Part shown: piece after piece, positions 8,312-16,933 of the stretch
Position numbering within the stretch: the stretch's first letter is position 1
Layout: each line of letters begins with the position of its first letter
The notes under the pieces: model-generated
What the model was told of the DNA's origin: nothing
What the model saw: only the letters and a program-made list of their open reading frames with translations
Databases searched by the model: none
Position numbers and translations under genes: made by a program
From: Thermodesulfobacteriota bacterium
GTDB lineage: Bacteria > Desulfobacterota > Binatia > Bin18
DNA length: 64,000 bases
Reading direction: 5' to 3'
Assembly: GCA_964291405.2 (NCBI GenBank)
Contig: OZ219926.1
Coordinates: 2,176,001 to 2,240,000, forward strand

Positions 8312-10759
8312 GTGACCCCTTACTTTATGAGTGAATCTTCAAAAACTGCCGTTCAAAAACAGACCGAGGGACGAGTCCGGCCAGAACCGCGATCTGCACA
8401 GCCACCCGGGCTCCACCTGCTCGAAGATATTGATGCCCTCTCCTCTCACGCTCACGACTTACGAGGCACACTACAGGAGATTACCCAGATTATTGCCCAG
8501 CGAATGGGGACCGACGTCTGTTCGCTCTATCTCCTAGATTCCAAGGGGGAGCGGCTGACGCTCTGGGCAACAACTGGTTTGGATCAGACGGCTGTCGGGA
8601 AAGTCAGCCTGGACAAACATGAAGGGCTGACGGGCCTCGTAATTGAAACACAGGAACCCGTTGTCGCCCCTGATGCCATGACGCACGAACGGAATAAATA
8701 CTTTCCAGAAACCGGAGAGGAGCGCTTCCATTCATTTCTGGGCCTTCCGATGAGCGCCAAGGATAAGATCCTTGGCGTGCTCATAGTCCAGAGTCGAAGT
8801 CGTCGCCGTTTTCCGCAGGCAGAGGTCCGGCTGCTCAAAACGATTGCCACCCAGGTTACGGGCATCATCGTGCAAGCCCGTACACAGGACTCGCTCAAAA
8901 CAAAGGAGCGAGAGCGTCAGGATTATCGGGCCCGCATGTTGGCGGCCATTCAACGCCCAAGCGCCTATGAGCGCAGGCGGGCACAGCAAACACAGAGGCC
9001 GGGGCGGGCGAGCCGTTTACGCCTGACCGGAGTCAGTGCTTCGCCGGGAATCGGCTCCGGTCAAGCCCACCTTGTCCACCCGGTTGTTCGTCTTGACGCG
9101 ATTGAAGAGCATCGCACGGACAATCCGGATGCCGAACGCCAGCACTTGCACGCCGCTCTGGCGCGATCGATTCAAGAGATTGATATGCTCAAGGAACGCG
9201 TCCAAGAGCGCCTGCCAGAGATCGACCGGGCGATTTTTGATGTGCATCGTATGATGCTGGAAGATGCGATGTTTATCGAGAAAATTGAAACGCAGATTCA
9301 GGATGGCTATGCCGCAGATACCGCTCTGAAGAAAGTCACGGAAGGCTATGTCGAGACGCTGGAGCGAACAGGCGGTGAGCACCTGCGTGACCGGGCAGCC
9401 GATGTGCGCGATATCGGCCAGCGTGTCCTCCGCCATCTGCTCGGCTTAGAGGAGAAGAGCGGACCACAAGGGGAGAATCTGATTCTCGTGGCGGACGATC
9501 TCTCTCTATCTGACCTCTGCCGAGTGGATCATCGTCAGCTGAAGGGGGTCGTCCTCGCCAACGGTGGCGCAACCTCACATACGTCTATTCTGGCGAAGTC
9601 CTTTGAAATTCCAACCGTTGTTGGGGTCGAGCACGCTGCCGTTATCCAGCAAGGCGATGCGGTGATTGTGGACGGGAATGCCGGGGTGGCCTATGTGAAT
9701 CCCGGCACCGAAATCGTCCGTGAGTATAGCCGCTTTGACCGCGAGTATCGCGCGTTTAACCGGAATCTCGAAGAAATTCACGACCTCCCCGCAGAGACGC
9801 AGGACGGGGTATGTATTGCGCTCGGCGCCAATGTCGGCTTGCTGAGCGACGTTGATTTTGCCCAGCGCCACGGAGCCGAAAACGTTGGGCTCTACCGGAC
9901 CGAAGTCCCGTTCCTGACCTATAGCGATTTCCCGGACGAAGAGACCCAGTTAGCGCTGTATCAAAGGGTGTTAACTGGTATGGAGGGAAAACCGGTAACC
10001 ATCCGCACCTTGGATCTCGGACCCGATAAATATCCGCCCTATATGAAGCTGCCCCAAGAAGATAATCCCTTCTTAGGCTGGCGCTCGATTCGGATCTCTT
10101 TGGAGATGGCTGACCTCTTTAAGGTGCAGTTGCGTGCTATTTTACGCGCCGGAGTGCATGGGCCGGTTCGCATTTTATTTCCCATGATCTCCAGCGTAGA
10201 GGAACTGCTCCAAGTCAAGAACCTGCTGGCGCAGGCAAAGGATGAATTACAACGAGAGAGAAAACCGTTCGACCCGTCGATGCCAGTCGGCATGATGGTT
10301 GAGGTACCCGCGGCAGTCTGGTTAGCAGATCGGCTCGCTCAGGAAGTGGACTTCTTTAGTATTGGGACGAATGACCTCATTCAGTATCTGCTTGCGGTAG
10401 ACCGGAATAACCGCAAGGTCGCCTCTCTCTATGAGCCTCTCCATCCGGCTGTCTTGAATGCCATAGCCACTACCGTCCGCGCCGCGCAACACGCCGGGAA
10501 ACGTGTCAGCATGTGCGGAGAAATGGCCTCCGACCCGCTGTGTACACTTGTGCTACTCGGTATCGGGTTGGATGAGCTCAGTATGGAGCCGTTCTTTGTC
10601 CCGGTTATCAAACGTCTCATTCGTTCGCTCTCCTATACCGACGCCCAATCTCTCACCCAGGAGGTTGTTCAACTTGGAACGGCTCGCGAGGTGAAGGGCC
10701 GCCTGTTTTCCTCGCTCAAAGCTCTCGGCATGATCGAACTGGTCGAGATGTATCGGTAG
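8312..10759 (+). CDS. ptsP: Phosphoenolpyruvate-protein phosphotransferase with N-terminal GAF domain (EI-Ntr)
   Basis: GAF domain (DVCSLYL...GLTGLV), phospho-His TSH, GLYRTE, RTLDLG, DFFSIGTNDL and MCGEMA. The start may be ATG 8327. Confidence 0.95.
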   Translation: MTPYFMSESSKTAVQKQTEGRVRPEPRSAQPPGLHLLEDIDALSSHAHDLRGTLQEITQIIAQRMGTDVCSLYLLDSKGERLTLWATTGLDQTAVGKVSLDKHEGLTGLVIETQEPVVAPDAMTHERNKYFPETGEERFHSFLGLPMSAKDKILGVLIVQSRSRRRFPQAEVRLLKTIATQVTGIIVQARTQDSLKTKERERQDYRARMLAAIQRPSAYERRRAQQTQRPGRASRLRLTGVSASPGIGSGQAHLVHPVVRLDAIEEHRTDNPDAERQHLHAALARSIQEIDMLKERVQERLPEIDRAIFDVHRMMLEDAMFIEKIETQIQDGYAADTALKKVTEGYVETLERTGGEHLRDRAADVRDIGQRVLRHLLGLEEKSGPQGENLILVADDLSLSDLCRVDHRQLKGVVLANGGATSHTSILAKSFEIPTVVGVEHAAVIQQGDAVIVDGNAGVAYVNPGTEIVREYSRFDREYRAFNRNLEEIHDLPAETQDGVCIALGANVGLLSDVDFAQRHGAENVGLYRTEVPFLTYSDFPDEETQLALYQRVLTGMEGKPVTIRTLDLGPDKYPPYMKLPQEDNPFLGWRSIRISLEMADLFKVQLRAILRAGVHGPVRILFPMISSVEELLQVKNLLAQAKDELQRERKPFDPSMPVGMMVEVPAAVWLADRLAQEVDFFSIGTNDLIQYLLAVDRNNRKVASLYEPLHPAVLNAIATTVRAAQHAGKRVSMCGEMASDPLCTLVLLGIGLDELSMEPFFVPVIKRLIRSLSYTDAQSLTQEVVQLGTAREVKGRLFSSLKALGMIELVEMYR

Positions 10760-10785
10760 ATTACGGCTGTTTCTGCCTGAATTTA

Positions 10786-10814
10786 TTGACATTCCCAAGC
10801 CTGATGGATAAAAA
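10786..10814 (+). promoter_or_regulatory. Candidate sigma70 promoter upstream of HU
   Basis: TTGACA-17bp-TAAAAA, about 240 nt before the HU start. Confidence 0.4.
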
Positions 10815-11052
10815 TTGAAGAGATGGATTCGGCTCTGAATGCGAGACTTGCCTTTCCTATTTCTGCCTGGGGTCGGACATCTCACGTTGTGATTGTGGAA
10901 GGAGGGTGAGAGGAGGACACGGGTAGAAGAAGTGACCGATTAGTAGAGGAGTAGACAAGTAAATGGTGAGTCGGAGGCGCTTCGTGGCAAGACCTCTCGA
11001 CTTCTGGTGTGGGATGTAGTGTAGAACCCGATCGGGTGAGGAGGTTGGTAGC

Positions 11053-11391
11053 ATGACGAAGACCGAGATGGTGAAAAAACTTGGTGAGACGTGGGGGGAA
11101 GCCTCGAACCGTGCGGCAGCCGACAAGCTGGATTCCTTTGTGGAGTTCATCACAAAGACGGTCAAAAAAGACAAAGAGTTGAAAATTCCCAACCTGGGGA
11201 CCTTTCGGCTCCGTCAGTTGAAGCGCCGCAAGGGACGCAACCCGCAGACCGGGGAGGTGATTACCATTCCGGCTCGGAAAAAGGTTGCCTTCACGCCGGC
11301 AAAAGTGTTTAAGGAATCTATTCTCGGCCCAGCAAAGAAGACGGCAGCGAAGAAGACGGCAGCGAAGAAGGTCGCCCGGAAGAGAAGGTAA
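11053..11391 (+). CDS. hup: HU family DNA-binding protein with Lys/Ala-rich tail
   Basis: MTKTEMV...LGTF...RKGRNPQTGEVITIPARKKVAFTP; KKTAAKKTAAKK tail; GAGG RBS. Confidence 0.95.
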   Translation: MTKTEMVKKLGETWGEASNRAAADKLDSFVEFITKTVKKDKELKIPNLGTFRLRQLKRRKGRNPQTGEVITIPARKKVAFTPAKVFKESILGPAKKTAAKKTAAKKVARKRR

Positions 11392-11446
11392 GCCCGAGAG
11401 TCTTGTATCCGCGGATATTTCCCCTCTTTCCTCTTCCGGGTCCGAC

Positions 11447-11478
11447 AAGGGACGTCTTTGGCGTCCCTTTCTTTTTTT
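11447..11478 (+). terminator. Intrinsic terminator after HU
   Basis: aagggacgtc-tttg-gcgtccctt hairpin followed by TCTTTTTTT. Confidence 0.8.
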
Positions 11479-12120
11479 ATGAGCTACGCAGTCAAAGAAA
11501 TTTTTTATACCCTCCAGGGCGAAGGCGCTCACGCCGGCCGGCCGGCGGTCTTCTGTCGTTTTACCGGATGCAATTTATGGTCTGGGCTGGAGAGGGACCG
11601 AGCTACGGCGGTCTGTCAGTTCTGTGATACCGATTTCGTTGGGACGGATGGCTCCGGGGGGGGACATTTCGCGTCTGCCCGCGACCTGGCTCGGGCCGTC
11701 GCTGCTACCTGGCCGACCCAGCGGGCCCCTCACGGTGTTCGGTTTGTCGTGTGTACAGGCGGCGAACCCTTACTCCAGCTTGATGCCGCGCTTGTTGACG
11801 CCCTGCACACAGAAGGCTTCGAGATTGCGATTGAGACAAATGGAACGCTGCTTCCTCCGCCGGGCATTGATTGGATCTGTGTCAGTCCCAAGGCTGGCTC
11901 GACCCTCACCCTTAGGCATGGCAGTGAACTGAAACTCGTCTTTCCCCAGTCCGGTGCTGAACCAGAGCGCTTTGATCAACTCGATTTTCAGGAGTTTTTC
12001 TTGCAACCAATGGATGGTCCTGAGCGAGAGCGCAATACCCAACTGGCGCTGCAATACTGTCTTGATCACCCGCGGTGGCGGCTCAGTCTGCAAACACATA
12101 AACTGCTCGGGATTCCGTAG
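11479..12120 (+). CDS. queE: 7-carboxy-7-deazaguanine synthase (radical SAM, CX14CX2C type)
   Basis: YAVKEIFYTLQGEG, C-NLWSGLERDRATAV-CQFC, TGGEPLLQ, ETNGT and LSLQTHK. Confidence 0.96.
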   Translation: MSYAVKEIFYTLQGEGAHAGRPAVFCRFTGCNLWSGLERDRATAVCQFCDTDFVGTDGSGGGHFASARDLARAVAATWPTQRAPHGVRFVVCTGGEPLLQLDAALVDALHTEGFEIAIETNGTLLPPPGIDWICVSPKAGSTLTLRHGSELKLVFPQSGAEPERFDQLDFQEFFLQPMDGPERERNTQLALQYCLDHPRWRLSLQTHKLLGIP

Positions 12121-12155
12121 TCCGACCCGTTCATTAGCATGATCGAGAAGACCCT

Positions 12156-12914
12156 GTGAGAGACGACCTCGGCCAACAAGAAAAGCTCCTTCAGCTTGCC
12201 GCACAGCAAGCCGCCCGACAGGGGAAAAGTGTCGCCCGTTATCTCCGAGAACTGCAAACGAAAGTCTCACGCCAAGAACGCGTTTCCGTTCGAGGCGCGG
12301 AACCCCGGCAGCAGGAGCCTCGCGCGAAATATGTGACGCTGACTCGTCGGGAGGTTGAGCGGTTATTTGCCCAGATCACAGACGAGCGCGACCGTGCGCT
12401 GTTTGCCGCCATGTACGCCTTCGGACTGCGTGCCTCTGAGGTGGGCCTCTTACTGCGCGAGCACGTCGATTTTCGTACCCGTCGCATTCATATTCCACGC
12501 CTCAAGGGCGGCGTCGCCGGAGAGAAACCGTTAACCGCAGAGTATCTGCGTCTGCTCCGAGCGTATCTGCAAAACCGGAGGGACGCCCTGCCCTACCTCT
12601 TTCCGTCGCGGAACGCGCGTCCGGTCAGTCGACAGCGTATTGATCGACTCTTCCGCCTGTACGCAGAGCAGGCCAAGCTTCCGCCGTCGAAACGCCACAG
12701 TCATTGTTTACGCCATTCCATTGCCGCCCATCTGCTTGAGGACGGACATGCCCTAGAGGAAGTGCAGGCGCATTTGGGGCATAAATCTATTCACTCAACA
12801 GTCGTCTATACGAAAACCACTGCACCACGCCGCCGCCCGCTCTCCGTGCGTATCCAACCGTCCGGAAGCACGCGAACGGTCATACAGGTAATAAGAAAGT
12901 CGGGACCACGCTAA
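12156..12914 (+). CDS. Tyrosine recombinase, FimB/FimE-like (catalytic domain only)
   Basis: Full catalytic set: R (GLRASE), K (RLKGG), H-x-x-R (HCLRH), H (LGH) and Y (TVVYT). No SAM-like core-binding domain is evident. Confidence 0.88.
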   Translation: MRDDLGQQEKLLQLAAQQAARQGKSVARYLRELQTKVSRQERVSVRGAEPRQQEPRAKYVTLTRREVERLFAQITDERDRALFAAMYAFGLRASEVGLLLREHVDFRTRRIHIPRLKGGVAGEKPLTAEYLRLLRAYLQNRRDALPYLFPSRNARPVSRQRIDRLFRLYAEQAKLPPSKRHSHCLRHSIAAHLLEDGHALEEVQAHLGHKSIHSTVVYTKTTAPRRRPLSVRIQPSGSTRTVIQVIRKSGPR

Positions 12915-12957
12915 GCTGCCCTCATCGTATTCGGGAAGGGATAATGTGCCTGAACGA

Positions 12958-13029
12958 ACGAGTCAAAATTTTTATTGTGACCCCTTGACTCGTGGTCGAT
13001 CGTCCTTACGTTTGTCTTGTGTCAGACAA
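12958..13029 (+). promoter_or_regulatory. Inverted repeats / candidate promoter upstream of hsp20
   Basis: ACGAGTCAA-N18-TTGACTCGT (12958-12993); TTGACT-16-TACGTT; TTGTCT-N6-AGACAA. Confidence 0.45.
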
Positions 13030-13057
13030 CAACCCAAACTCACAGGAGGTAGAGACA

Positions 13058-13549
13058 ATGAGACGAGAATTGAGTGTATGGCGAGGACCGTTTGGAACGA
13101 TGCATCCCTGGCGACATGATCTGGAATCTGTTGTCAACGATTTTTTCTCTTCCCGCGGCTGGCCAGGGGTACGCACTGGAATGCCCTCGGAAGCGTCGTT
13201 CAGGATTGACAGCTATGTGGACGACAACCGGCTGCATATCAAAGCGGATTTACCCGGGGTGGAACCCAAGGATGTTGAGATTGCGCTGGACGGCAACCGA
13301 CTGACGGTCAAGGGTGAGCGCAAGGCAGAGCACGAGGACAAGAACGGCGGATGCTTCCATCAAGAGCGTTCATACGGATCGTTTGCCCGGTCGTTTATTT
13401 TGCCGAAGGACATAGATGCGGAGAAAATCGAAGCGAGGGCCAAGAACGGCACGCTCGAAGTCGTGGTACCATTCCCGGAAGAGGTCAAGCCGAGACGTAT
13501 TCCAATCGATGTGAAACCTGAAATCGCGACCGATGCAGCCTCAGACTGA
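13058..13549 (+). CDS. Small heat-shock protein (Hsp20/alpha-crystallin)
   Basis: DLPGV, LTVKGER, ERSYGSFARSF, NGTLEV and C-terminal IPI motif; AGGAGG RBS before ATG 13058. Confidence 0.95.
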   Translation: MRRELSVWRGPFGTMHPWRHDLESVVNDFFSSRGWPGVRTGMPSEASFRIDSYVDDNRLHIKADLPGVEPKDVEIALDGNRLTVKGERKAEHEDKNGGCFHQERSYGSFARSFILPKDIDAEKIEARAKNGTLEVVVPFPEEVKPRRIPIDVKPEIATDAASD

Positions 13550-13576
13550 TTGCTGCCCTCCTTTCTCTCCATGCGT

Positions 13577-13606
13577 TGGGGGCTTCTCCGGGAGCCCCCA
13601 TTTTTT
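13577..13606 (+). terminator. Intrinsic terminator after hsp20
   Basis: TGGGGGCT-loop-AGCCCCCA followed by TTTTTT. Confidence 0.8.
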
Positions 13607-13626
13607 CAAACGATTGGACATGGAGC

Positions 13627-13815
13627 CTAGCCGCGTTCCTCTAACCACCGATTAAAGCCTTCTGGCGTATTGCCATACGGCAGGCCGGCCGCATAGTAAT
13701 CCTCAAGCAGGCGCATATCGTTCTCTGAGAGCGTCAGAAAGCCACGCTGCTTTTGCTCCTCCTTCCGCCACGCCCGGTCCAGCATCTCCCGAATTTCACG
13801 GTCACGGTCGCTCAT
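13627..13815 (-). CDS. Small hypothetical protein (62 aa)
   Basis: GAGGAG RBS, protein-like charged composition, and it fills the intergenic gap. Confidence 0.7.
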   Translation of the reverse strand: MSDRDREIREMLDRAWRKEEQKQRGFLTLSENDMRLLEDYYAAGLPYGNTPEGFNRWLEERG

Positions 13816-14011
13816 TTTCTCCTCGCTTCGTAAGGACTCTGTGCACTCCCCGCGACTCCCCCTCCTCCACTCTTACCTGATAACACCATCGACACCAGAA
13901 ATCACTTCTCGTACACTACTTCTGTAAAGAGTTTCACGATTTCTGTATGGTTCTTGAGCGGCGCGAACGAGACGCTGCCACGTATACGGACGCTAACGGA
14001 GGGAGAAAGTC

Positions 14012-15385
14012 ATGGAACTGACCTCGTTTTCGGCTACAACGCTGGCTCGATTTATTCGGACAAATCTCGTCTCTTCGGTTGCCGTGGTGGATGCACATCT
14101 GGCCCGCCTCGAAGCAGCCAATCCAAAGCTCAACGCCGTGGTGCAGCTTCAGGCCGAAGCAGCGCGGCGACAGGCTCGTGCAGCCGACGAAGCCGTCTCG
14201 CGGGGAGAACGCTTCGGCCCACTGCACGGTGTCCCCATCACGCTCAAGGATTCGTTAGACACCGCCGGCATGGTCAGTACCTGGGGGACAACGGGCCGAG
14301 CCGCCTTTACCCCCGAGCACGATGCCACAGTGGTGGCGCGTTTGCGTACCGCGGGAGCTATCATCCTGGGAAAAACAAATACGCCGGAGTTCACCCTGGC
14401 GGGGATTACGGATAACGATGTCTATGGCCGGACAAACAATCCGTATGATGTGGAGCGGTCGCCCGCGGGCAGTAGTGGGGGGGCTGGGGCGATTCTTGCG
14501 GCGGGCGGCTCGGCGCTCGACCTGGGGAGCGATACGGGCGGCAGCATTCGTATGCCATCCCACTATTGCGGTATTGCCGGTATCAAACCCACCTCGGGCC
14601 GCGTGCCCCGCACCGGGCACGCCATTTCGTTTGATGTCGGCGCCCTGGATGCCTTCACCCAGATTGGCCCTATGGCGCGACATGTCGAAGACCTGAGCCT
14701 GACCTTATCCATTATTGCCGGTCCGGATGGGCACGACCCGGCGGTTGTGCCAGCCCCGTTGGGAGACCCCCAAGACGTGAGCGTGAAGGATCTACGGGTC
14801 GCCTTCTTCACGGACAACGGGATCAAATCCCCGAGCCCGGACACCGCCAGCACCGTCCGGGCTGCGGTCAATGTGCTCGCCGATCATGGCGTCTCGGTCA
14901 CAGAAAATCGGCCGCAGTGTGTGAGCGACGCAGAGCGACTGTGGTACAGTCTCTATCTTGCGGATGGAGGAGCCTGGATACGTCGGCTCATCCACGCAGC
15001 CGGGACTGAGCGCATGTCTTCCGCCTTGGATTGGATGCAAACGGCTCAGCCTGTATCACTCACGGAGTTCACCCAGGAAATGAGCAGGTGGAATGTCTAC
15101 CGGAGTGAAATGCTGGCGTTTATGGAGCCCTACGATGTGCTGCTGTGTCCTGTCAGCGCCACACCCGCCACGCGCCATGACGATCCCGACGGCCCGGATT
15201 TTACCTACACCTTCGCCCACAATCTGACCGGCTGGCCGGGCGCGGTCGTGCGCTGTGGAATGTCTGCCGAGGGGCTGCCGATTGGGGTCCAGATCGTCGC
15301 CCATCCCTGGCGTGAGGATGTCGCCCTGGCCGTCGCCCAGTATCTGGAGACGAATCTTGGCGGTTGGCAAAGCCCGTCCCTCTAG
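14012..15385 (+). CDS. Amidase (amidase-signature family)
   Basis: PLHGVPITLKD, GKTNTPEF, GSSGG and GSDTGGSIRMP motifs. Confidence 0.95.
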   Translation: MELTSFSATTLARFIRTNLVSSVAVVDAHLARLEAANPKLNAVVQLQAEAARRQARAADEAVSRGERFGPLHGVPITLKDSLDTAGMVSTWGTTGRAAFTPEHDATVVARLRTAGAIILGKTNTPEFTLAGITDNDVYGRTNNPYDVERSPAGSSGGAGAILAAGGSALDLGSDTGGSIRMPSHYCGIAGIKPTSGRVPRTGHAISFDVGALDAFTQIGPMARHVEDLSLTLSIIAGPDGHDPAVVPAPLGDPQDVSVKDLRVAFFTDNGIKSPSPDTASTVRAAVNVLADHGVSVTENRPQCVSDAERLWYSLYLADGGAWIRRLIHAAGTERMSSALDWMQTAQPVSLTEFTQEMSRWNVYRSEMLAFMEPYDVLLCPVSATPATRHDDPDGPDFTYTFAHNLTGWPGAVVRCGMSAEGLPIGVQIVAHPWREDVALAVAQYLETNLGGWQSPSL

Positions 15386-16780
15386 CGTCGGGTTTGACTG
15401 TTAGGCTGGCGGGGAGCCTCAACGCTCCTGCTCGCTCCCCCCAAACACCAGCCGTCCGGCTGCCTCCTGTGCCTGGATACGAGCTACAACCTCAGCAGGG
15501 ATCTGGAGCGGGCGCTCCTCGGGAAATTTCTCTTCCTCTAAGGTAGGTCGTAAGAAAAAGAGTTCGGGGAAAGGCACTTGGGCTTGGGTCTTGACGGAAG
15601 TATCAAGGGCCCACTGTCGGCGCATAAAATCCGGGCTAAAGAACAGTGCGACCTCCTGAGGATTCCAGGCGGTTACCCGGTGACTGTCGTTCACAAAATA
15701 TGTCATCAGGTCATCTGCAACAGCCCAGAACAGGGTAATCAGCGAGCCATATCCCTGCTCTCCCAAATCTGGATTAAAAATCTCAGCCAGTCTCACCTCG
15801 ATGAGGATGAGCTTCCCGGCGGGACTATATTGCTCAGTACGCAGGGGGAAAAAAGAGTGTTCCTCCAGCCAAAACAGGAGTCGCGGGGCATAGTAATTGG
15901 GCAACCATTCGGGACGAGCCCGAGCCTCTACAACATAGCACCTGACCCCGCCCTCGGTCGTATAATATCGATAGCTGTCTCCCATCAGCTTGAGCTCAGC
16001 CGTCTGCCGCTCTTGAAACTGACCGGTCTCTCCATTCCGCAACATGATGGTGGGTCGCGTCTTGGGAAAGCGCACGGTTTGGTGTAGGGTATCCAGACCC
16101 AGTATCCGCCAAGAAAACTCCCAGGCGTCGCGTCCATAACTGTCGTCCGGCGTGACCGCCATGTTGGGGACCTTCCCCTGTCGGCGGCGGGGCGCGTCAT
16201 GACGCACCCGGCGCGTGGTCGGTGAGTACCGAAACCGTTCTTCCTTCTTGATGAATTCTTTATCCGTGCGATAGCGAATCGAGAGTCGTTGCGAACCTTC
16301 TGCAGCTGGGGGGGCAGTGCTCTGGCTGAGAGCGCGGTAGAGTTCTTCGCCAGGCTTGAGGGCGAGTTCCGCTTCCACACCAGTCGCACTTGAGTTATAG
16401 GCCAGAAAATTGATCGCGCTACCCGGGTTGAGGAGCACGCCCTGGGTGGAAATCGACGACCACGCCCTGGCAAACACGGCCGACCAACGCGGCCGTGCGG
16501 TGAACTCCATGACCCGATAACCCATCTCCTCAGCCGTATAGGGCGGTGTAAAAGGATAGGGCTCAGCCGGCAGATACGGAACCTGTGGATGGCGGGGAGT
16601 GTCAACCGCAAGGTCCAGCTGCTGACGTTCCTGTGGAGAGAGGTCGGCGACCGTTTTCCAGGTACGGTTCCGGGAGTTGTTCGTCTCTTCAGCAGCAGAG
16701 AGACCAGCCTCAAGAGTCAGGATGAGTGCCGAAAGCAACCAGAAGAACAGGCGCGAGACCATGGGGGGCAATTAACCATA
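15296..16780. repeat. ~1.5-kb direct repeat, copy A (amidase 3' end plus exported-protein gene)
   Basis: Colinear with 31768-33252 at a constant offset of 16472 (stop 15385/31857; start 16771/33243). Confidence 0.92.
15419..16771 (-). CDS. Exported protein, DUF1329 / outer-membrane lipoprotein-sorting-like (paralog A)
   Basis: Signal peptide; YSPTTRRVR, DDSYGRDAWEFSW and CYVVEA motifs. The family call is from memory. Confidence 0.7.
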   Translation of the reverse strand: MPPMVSRLFFWLLSALILTLEAGLSAAEETNNSRNRTWKTVADLSPQERQQLDLAVDTPRHPQVPYLPAEPYPFTPPYTAEEMGYRVMEFTARPRWSAVFARAWSSISTQGVLLNPGSAINFLAYNSSATGVEAELALKPGEELYRALSQSTAPPAAEGSQRLSIRYRTDKEFIKKEERFRYSPTTRRVRHDAPRRRQGKVPNMAVTPDDSYGRDAWEFSWRILGLDTLHQTVRFPKTRPTIMLRNGETGQFQERQTAELKLMGDSYRYYTTEGGVRCYVVEARARPEWLPNYYAPRLLFWLEEHSFFPLRTEQYSPAGKLILIEVRLAEIFNPDLGEQGYGSLITLFWAVADDLMTYFVNDSHRVTAWNPQEVALFFSPDFMRRQWALDTSVKTQAQVPFPELFFLRPTLEEEKFPEERPLQIPAEVVARIQAQEAAGRLVFGGSEQER

Positions 16781-16834
16781 TAGCGAGTGAGTTGCCTAGC
16801 CTTTTGTGATATTGGCGGCGGGGAGCGGTTCAGT

Positions 16835-16864
16835 TTGACGCAACCTCGGAACATCGGGTACACT
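16835..16864 (+). promoter_or_regulatory. Candidate sigma70 promoter of the permease gene
   Basis: TTGACG-18bp-TACACT, 70 nt before the TTG start. Confidence 0.45.
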
Positions 16865-16933
16865 CACCGTCGCTCACTGTGGCAGAAAGCAGAAACAGCG
16901 ACAAAGCAGGCAAGCCTACTTGGGAGGTTCCGC

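Noticed and set aside
11392-11478. preQ1 riboswitch upstream of queE
   Set aside because: It lacks the preQ1 stem-loop and A-rich tail; the hairpin is better explained as the HU terminator.
12915-13057. CIRCE or HAIR operator before hsp20
   Set aside because: The inverted repeats do not match TTAGCACTC-N9-GAGTGCTAA or CTTGAGT-N7-ACTCAAG.
12156-13815. Prophage or integrative element at the recombinase
   Set aside because: No tRNA, att direct repeats, or phage or conjugation genes nearby.
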